Source of the DNA: Eledone cirrhosa
Taxonomy: Eukaryota
Reading direction: 5' to 3'
DNA: 64,000 nt
NCBI GenBank assembly: GCA_964016885.1
Contig: OZ024745.1
Coordinates: 38,688,001-38,752,000, forward strand
The notes under the pieces were generated by a model. The model did no database searches and was not told the DNA's origin. It was given only the letters and a program-made list of their open reading frames with translations. Within the stretch, counting starts at the first letter, position 1. The number at the start of each line of letters is the position of its first letter. This document shows positions 55,975 to 64,000 of this stretch, piece by piece. A program made the translations under genes and the position numbers.

Positions 55975-56760
55975 ACACGGTGAAACTTTCTTACTCAAGC
56001 ACACGCTCCGTAGCCCAGCACATAGCTGACATAAATAGGAATAGGCTCACTGCCTCTAATACCACAGTAAACCCCGGAGCCCCCCAACAGAACCAGCACG
56101 CGGGATGCACCGGAACCCGGACGGGCCCAACTTGCACACCGGAACCCAACGACCCTGTGTTGAATGCGGAGGCTACCCAGCCAACCCCGACTGATGGTAA
56201 CCACGCGGTACATGTGGTGGGGCTTAAGAAGTCATGTAATTGCAGAGACCCATCACTATGTTCCCTTAGTAATGAATGCATGACGTAAAACGTAGTCTAC
56301 AGGTTCAAGGTCACAACCCCTAACTCGGAGCACCACTACATAGATCGACAGCGACGAGATTCAAAGATCGGTGGTATAACCATCACCATTCCTTTAACAG
56401 AATAGATAAGAGGAAATGTACGGCCCTTTCTGAATTGATCAGGAAGCTCAAACTTGAAAAGACCCCACACTCTCTGGCTGGTCCGTGATTAGATAGCTTC
56501 CCCCAGACAGAGGCAGGTCTGGTATTTGCAACCTCTGTCTTAGTGGGACACTCGAGATATTTCATGGCGGAACCAAGCTATTAAATAGAAGGGCCGACTT
56601 ATTCGGTGCCTGCAGGCACCTAAGGACGGGAGCGTTCCTCAAGCTATATCGATAAACCCCGGTTAAGGGGACCCACAAAGCCCCCCCCCCCTGTAGGTCC
56701 CCTTGACATTGTACCAATGACCAATGGACAACAACAACCACCCATAGTTTGTGGTCCCTA
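55975..56760 (+). mobile_element. Penelope-like element 3' fragment (GIY-YIG endonuclease)
   Basis: TVKLSYSSTRSVAQHIADIN..SCNCRDPSLCSLSNECMT*NVVYRFKVTT..HYI..RFKDRWYNHHHSF..TALS..CNLCL..LLNRRADLFGACRH. Bounded by TA repeats. Confidence 0.87.
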
Positions 56761-56783
56761 TATATATATATATGTATATATTT

Positions 56784-56856
<73 letters not shown>

Positions 56857-56878
56857 ATATATTTTGTGTATATATCTG

Positions 56879-56918
<40 letters not shown>

Positions 56919-56958
56919 GATATTAAATAAATGGAAACTATATTTATAAAACCATATT

Positions 56959-57024
56959 TATTTCATTATATATATTTCAGGGATATCATATTAAAAATAT
57001 GGTATGCCTTCTTCAGACAAAATA
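56959..57024 (-). ncRNA. Type I hammerhead ribozyme
   Basis: Mirror of 58091-58156. Confidence 0.7.
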
Positions 57025-58090
57025 CAATATAAACAGTCTTATAAATAGATAGATTTGACATACCTTACAACTTCAACTTCCATTTAAAAAGTTGATTTGG
57101 TAGTGAAAAATGTTAGGGACAGTTATAAAAAGAAAGAAAGAAAAAAAGCGAAGAAAAAGAAGAAATGCATGCAACTAAATAGAGAGAGATAGATATAGAG
57201 AGATAGATAGAGAGAAGAAATTCATGTAAAGAAACAGAGATAGATAGATAGAGAGAGAAAAACACAGAGGGAGATAGATAGAGAGAGAAAGAGAGAAGAG
57301 AGAGAGAAGAAATAGAGAGAGATAGATATAGATAGAGATAGAGAGAAAGAAAATAGGTAGTTGGGCATCAGTTGAATGACGTATCAATGATATATTTATT
57401 TATTTATTTATTTATTTAGTTCTAGTATTAAGGTAGAGAGAGATATATGTGGTTAGGAGAGAAAACAGCCGTTACATAGAGAGAAAAGAAAAATATCCAG
57501 ATATAAACGAGGCAGATTTAAAACATTATGTTTCATCAATGTAAAAATATCAATTCGTATGAATTAGGTATTATAATGTAAATATCAGTATTCATGAATG
57601 AGACACGTATCAATAATGTGTGAAAAATAATGATCATATGTCTAGTTTAAAATTCCTAGGTTTATATCAGAGTTGAGTTAAAAAACTGAGATAAAAAAAA
57701 CCCGAGATAAAAAACTGAGATAAAAAACTTCAAAAAAAATTGAAATACATAAGTATATATGCACTTTCATGAAAAAAGAAAAAGAAAAAGAAAATAGAAG
57801 GTTATCCCAGATTCGATACTATAGACTTCCATGTATCTATCTCCCTCTGTGTTTTTTCTCTCTATATCTATCTCTCTCTGTTTCTTTACATGAATTTCTT
57901 CTCTCTATCTATCTCTCTATATCTATCTCTCTCTATTTAGTTGCATGCATTTCTTCTTTTTCTTCGCTTTTTTTCTTTCTTTCTTTTTATAACTGTCCCT
58001 AACATTTTTCACTACCAAATCAACTTTTTAAATGGAAGTTGAAGTTGTAAGGTATGTCAAATCTATCTATTTATAAGACTGTTTATATTG

Positions 58091-58156
58091 TATTTTGTCT
58101 GAAGAAGGCATACCATATTTTTAATATGATATCCCTGAAATATATATAATGAAATA
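58091..58156 (+). ncRNA. Type I hammerhead ribozyme
   Basis: tattttgt CTGAAGA aggcataccatatt-ttt-aatatgatatccct GAAA tatata TA atgaaata, overlapping AATAAA. Confidence 0.7.
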
Positions 58157-59163
58157 AATATGGTTTTATAAATATAGTTTCCATTTATTTAATATCGTAC
58201 ATATACTCCAAATACTTGTTGAGTGCTTTTATATCAGTTATAAATATTTACTCGTTGTAACCCAACAATTTAAATAAAACTTTGCATATATATATATATA
58301 TATATTTTACATATATATATATATGTATTTTATATATATATATGTATGTATATTTTATATATATATATGTATGTATATTTTATATATATATATATTTTAT
58401 ATATATATATATATATTTTATATGTATATATATATATTATATGTATATATATATTTTATGTATATACATATATTTTATATATATATGTGTTTTATATATA
58501 TATATATTTTATGTATATATATATGTATACTTGTGCGTACATATATATAAACACACCTGTATGAATTTGTGTGTGTAGATGTGTGTGTATATGAGGGGTA
58601 GGTGTGAGTGTATGTACAAGTCAACCAACATAAGCCTTTTATTTCTAAAATTTTCTAAACTATCTAAGTGTTTGACTCTAACCATTATTTTAATTATTAC
58701 CACCCCACATTGTGTATGTAGTGGATGTGTGTGTGTGTCTTTGGAGGTGGGTGTGAGTGTAGGTGCAAGCCAACCTACATAAGTCTTTTTGTTTGTAAAT
58801 TGTCTACTGTAACCATAATTTTCAGTAGCACCACTCCACATAAATTCCTCAATTTAAGAATGGCCTGTAGTATCTATTTCATACTATTAACCTTAATTGA
58901 ATATATATATCTGACCAGCAATGCTTTTTGTGAAAATCAGTCATATTAAACTATTGTTATCTTGCCTGACGGTCTGAAATTTACAACACCACTTGCCCCT
59001 TTGAGGTCAAATACAAACCCTACTAGCATCTACAAACTGACCAATGAGAATTAAGACAATTCCTGCTGACAACATTAAATTATTCCCAACAAGCTCATAT
59101 GTGCCAAGGGTCTGATACCATCAACACGATAAACACAGAGCTGGCATATCTAAGAACTGACTA

Positions 59164-59219
59164 ACTGCCTGATGAGGTCATAGCCATTCAATTGCTATCA
59201 TCGAAATATATATAGCAGT
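59164..59219 (+). ncRNA. Type I hammerhead ribozyme (element 59103-59270)
   Basis: actgc CTGATGA ggtcatagc..gctatcatc GAAA tatata TA gcagt: perfect 5-bp stem I, followed by AATAAA. Confidence 0.75.
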
Positions 59220-59263
59220 AAATAAAGGATTATGAGTTCATGCAATTGACTTATTTTTCATCA

Positions 59264-59294
<31 letters not shown>

Positions 59295-59339
59295 TATGAA
59301 AATAAACCAAAGAAGCCTTCGATACAACAAAAGTCTTTA

Positions 59340-59382
59340 TTAGCCAACAATGTTTCGTCCTATTAAGGACTCATCAGGGCAA
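59340..59382 (-). ncRNA. Type I hammerhead ribozyme
   Basis: Minus strand: ttgcc CTGATGA gtcct-taat-aggac GAAAC ATT GTT ggctaa; perfect 5-bp stem II. Confidence 0.75.
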
Positions 59383-60589
59383 TTAAAGCTATAAGAAGCA
59401 CTATCGGCCAATACAAGCCAACAAACTCAGAAGAATATGGAGTGTACAAACATTAAAGCATAGGAAAATATCAAGTAAAAATATCAAGTAAAAATTGCTA
59501 AGGAAGTGAATAACATTTTGAACCATATTACAACTATAGTCCAATGCAAAAACTAAAGCTAAACAAAGGTGGTAATATAGAGCGGGAATTATTGCACTAT
59601 ATATATTATAATATAATATAATATGTTTGTATATTATACTATGTTCAATATTTTATATTGAAGTTTTATATGATTCCACTCTTTGTAAACGTACTACTGA
59701 TCTTTATTATTCACCGATTATTAAATGTACCATTATGCTATTTTAAATTTTGTAAATTTTGTAATATGTTTGTATTTTTATAATTTTTGTAATGTTTGGG
59801 TAATATTTATTTACACCAATTGTATAGAAATTTGACATCTATCTATTTTTCTTGCAATGGTTTTGTTTTTCCAACATAATTTTTCCAACATAATTCAGTT
59901 CTGTACAATATTTTTTCTCACCTGGTCTGTAACTCTATATGATTTGTTATGTTATATGCCATTATACTTTAATATTGTTATTATAGTGTTATTGTAACAT
60001 CTATATTGTTTGTGCAAATTAACCGGAGATTATCTATTATATAATTAGATAGTTTTATTATATATTATATGTTTACTTTTAATCTTTTATTCTTCATTTA
60101 TTCTTCATTTTATACTGTAAATAATATATGTATTATATTTTTATCCATATTTTTATCCTTATTTTTATCTATATTTTTATTCTTCTTATTCTTATTATTC
60201 TTATTTATATATAAACTCTTAATAAGGGTTAGTTTTGGGCTTGGATTGATGGAAATGTGTATTGATATATATGTATATGTGTGTACATATGTATATATAT
60301 ATATATGTATATTGGGCCTTTTAATATTATTATTATTATTATCAATTATATTATATTATATTATATTATATATAGTGCAATAATTCCCGCTCTATATTAC
60401 CACCTTTGTTTAGCTTTAGTTTTTGCATTGGACTATAGTTGTAATATGGTTCAAAATGTTATTCACTTCCTTAGCAATTTTTACGTGATATTTTTACTTG
60501 ATATTTTCCTATGCTTTAATGTTTGTACACTCCATATTCTTCTGAGTGTTTTGGCTTGTATTGGCCAATAGTGCTTCTTATAGCTTTAA

Positions 60590-60632
60590 TTTCCCTGATG
60601 AGTCCTTAATAGGACGAAACATTGTTGGCTAA
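60590..60632 (+). ncRNA. Type I hammerhead ribozyme
   Basis: tttcc CTGATGA gtcct-taat-aggac GAAAC ATT GTT ggctaa; one stem I mismatch. Confidence 0.68.
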
Positions 60633-60776
60633 TAAAGACTTTTGATGTATTGAAGGCTTCTTTGGTTTATTTTCATAATTCTTCGGCTCTGTTTAATTAC
60701 ATTGAGCTATACTTTTACTGTCATTTCTATAATACGAAGAGGGTGTGTAACTCCAACACACTCTTGTATTTTAATT

Positions 60777-60861
<85 letters not shown>

Positions 60862-63198
60862 GTATGTGTGTGCATATGTGTGTGTGTGTGTGTGTGTTTG
60901 TATGAATGCATATGTGTGTCCCCTTGGGAGTCTCTGTGAGGTTTTGTGTGAGTATGAGTGTACACACACACACATATATATACATATATAAATACGATTT
61001 TGATATGTGGATGTGTGGGGACATGAACCTATCAGTTTGTTCGTAAATTTGTTTTGATTAAGAGATACATATTTCATACAACTTCAATTTCACAATCTCG
61101 ATTAACATGGTTGACAATTATTTAAACATGTTGGGCTTTTATCGTTGTTCTCTTCGTTGCTGTTTGGCTTTACGTTGGAACTGAATATGCAGATGTAGTG
61201 AAAACGTCATTGAATTCATGATTTTTCGGTCATTTTATTCAGACATATTTCATTGAGGACAGCATAAACTATTTCGATATATCTTTTGTAAGGATGGGTA
61301 TAATTCGGGACAGATATCGCTGTATATTTAACAACTACTGTTTCAGAATAGAACGTGTCCTGTTCGGTCATATATACATGTATCGACCTAAACATGTAAA
61401 TAAATATTTACCCGGAATTAGTATTGAAACAGAACTTTATGTTTACTGTTGGTTCAAATGAGAAAGAGTCTCCAAGCATAAATTATTAGGAAGAATATTA
61501 AATCGAACTTAGAAAACGTTATTCACGTGGAAATATATTCATGGCTTTTTGTCATTTCTTCTGTTTTCTTCCGTTGACTAATGAATATTTATAAAGTAAT
61601 CAAGGAATATTATTAAATTCACAACCAATGAACGGAAAACAAACAAACAGAACAAATAAAAACGAAGGAAGAGTTTCATGAATATCTAAAATTAAATTGG
61701 AACACACAGTACACACAAAAGATGCATTACGTGTATACATCAGCATATATACACAGGTAAAACCATATATGCATGCTTGCACGCTCTTACACATATACAG
61801 GCACACACACATACGCAGCACACACACACACATAAACTCACAAGTATATATTCTACAAATAGTTTCGTTCACCCTACATTAACACTCAAACCTATATCTA
61901 GCACTTGTAAAATGATTTGCCATAAATATATGAACAAAAAGCATTATATATTCCATTAAGATACCCACTCATTATAATTAGCCACGCGTTGAATCAAATC
62001 AATCTGTATTGGCTATCGGCTGCACCCATTCAGAACAATCAATAAATGATCCTGCATTAACCTATCTACCCACACTTGGACGCTCAAACGATAAGAAAAT
62101 AGATCCTATCAAATGGAACATCAGAGACAGGGTAGTAACATAAATGGAAAAAAAACCCTGCTAAATTCTACATTAACGATATTCAAAGAAAAGTGTATAA
62201 CCGTCCTCTATCATATAACTGAAGAAATTTCATTTTCTGACGCAGAAACCTTATTTTATCAAGCATTTTAAACACATGCAACGATAACTTAAAACCCAAT
62301 TCAGATCTACGCTTTTCTGGCACTCTCGTGAAATACATTTTATAAACAAAGAAAACAATTATATACAAGAATATAATTATACTACTCGCTAAGACAACAA
62401 CAATTTACGAGCGGTTTATGATCGAGCCTGCGGCAGCGTAGCCTTACAAGTGTTGGGGTTGCCCGACCGTATCGTTACTCACTACTATTGGACCGAATAT
62501 AGCATCCCATAAGAGCAAACGTAGCTGGTTCGGTACATTTCCTTCTACATCCTTCGATGTAACGTTTTCTCTACTCATGTGGCTTGACAACATCCCTCAA
62601 CAGCCCCCGCCCCGCAAATAAGTGGGGTATGCTGCACAGGGAACCTATAGTGGTAACCACTGGTTCAGCCATTCCAACTTAAAGAGTTTCTTTAGCGGAA
62701 TGTGATATCGTTATCGTTGATTTAGCGTGGTAAAAGGATAGTCCGTGGACTGAGCATTTCAGACGTCCCAAAGACAACCGGCATAAAAAGTAATCGGTCC
62801 ATAAAAATATATCAGATTTACTATGGTTGAATGTTTCATAACGAGATGTTCATGAAGTCTGTACGCTTTCATCTATTGGGTTGCTAAAGGAAAGCCAGTT
62901 AATTGGTAGATAACAAAAGCAATACATACATAGTGTTAATTAAATTATAACAGCATTAATTTAATAATAAGCGCTATCGTGTATTAGTTCTATTTCTTGC
63001 ATACTAATTAAAAAATCTACACATTCAAATGATTTATTGCGAAAGTTGGCTATGATACCAGTGGGGTAAAATCCAGAATTAAAGGAAACTAGTGGTCTAC
63101 ATTAGCCACAAGCAGTCTATTGTGCAAATACATATATATATATATATATATATCCATCTATCTATTTTGCTATCTCTCTCTCTCTCTATCTCTCTCCC

Positions 63199-63304
<106 letters not shown>

Positions 63305-63709
63305 CTTTATTATTTCCTTACCTTATAAAATTATATGTTTTTTCACAAAAAAGTATTCTGTCTCTTATATATTCCATGTGCCATTACCAACCTCAATTGT
63401 CTCTATATATATTTATATATACATAAACACACGCACAACTATATGTATGTATATGTATATATATGTGTGTGTATATATATATATATATATACATGCATGT
63501 ACAGGTATGACGATATAAATACACACTGATTTATGTTTCCTTTTTGACCATAACTCGCGGTGAAGAAGTGGGAGTGTGGTAATGTAAGAGTGTTTCAGAT
63601 GAATTTCTTTTAATGAACACTCGGGTGTTTCTGACGTCTAAGAAAGCTGTTTCTTTTTTTTATTTTGTTTTGTTTTCAGTTGAAACCCTTAAAATGTAGG
63701 CAAATAAAT

Positions 63710-64000
63710 CAACCATGTGGAGATACGTGAGGTGATAATGGAGATCGACACCGAGGAGGGATATACGTATTTGGGAATTATGGAGGCAGATAACATGAAT
63801 GACAACAGACATGAAGGAAATGATAAGATTTGAATACATAACGAGAGTAAGCAACATACTAAACAATCAGCTGAATAGTAGAAATACCATAAGTGCACTA
63901 AATTCTCGGGCTCTGTCTATTACGTACAGTGCTGGATTTCATAATGGAATGTAAGCTAGCAAAAGAGACTGGATATAAAGATGACCACCTAGAGTATGTT
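63710..64000 (+). mobile_element. R4/Dong-like LINE reverse transcriptase remnant (runs off the window)
   Basis: GYTYLGIMEADN..EYITRVSNILNNQLNSRNTISALNSRALS..YSAG, across frameshifts. This resembles the YKYLGILE..EY.RR...L.S.LN..N...AIN..A....YS.G region of R4/Dong RTs. Confidence 0.65.

Larger units (their letters stand above)
56916..58286. mobile_element. Head-to-head HHR-bearing insertion with spacer
   Basis: Near-identical inverted arms 56916-57280 and 57834-58199 with a ~550-bp spacer. The plus arm extends ~85 bp further to (TA)n. Confidence 0.85.
59294..60780. mobile_element. Head-to-head HHR-bearing insertion with spacer
   Basis: Inverted arms ~59294-59622 and ~60347-60678. The plus arm extends 100 bp further to (TA)n. 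HHRs at 59340-59382 (minus) and 60590-60632 (plus). Confidence 0.85.

Overview
AT-rich, microsatellite-laden animal genomic DNA. The SINE families look like octopod cephalopod SINEs, but that assignment is an inference. I found no intact host gene, and the [12 protein letters not shown] ORFs are (TA)n/(TG)n/(TC)n artefacts. The window is mostly decayed mobile DNA: a complete but inactivated hAT (Buster/Charlie-type) transposon with TIRs and 8-bp TSD, inserted in a Penelope-like element (PLE); four more PLE remnants; a decayed RepHel Helitron plus non-autonomous Helitrons; a near full-length L1/Tx1-clade LINE with an extra 3' copy; RTE and R4/Dong LINE fragments; and two tRNA-derived SINE families. 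The main signal invisible to the ORF track is non-coding. By eye there are about 22 type I hammerhead ribozyme (HHR) arrangements, about 18 with an intact or compensated core, plus several half-ribozymes, in many different short elements that end in (TA)n. They include a young 468-bp x 4.4 tandem array with one HHR per unit (retrozyme-like, with a fixed 3' terminus, a terminal hairpin and an octamer motif), an older related ~417-bp family, and five asymmetric head-to-head inverted insertions. All structures were read manually; no ribozyme activity or database match has been tested.
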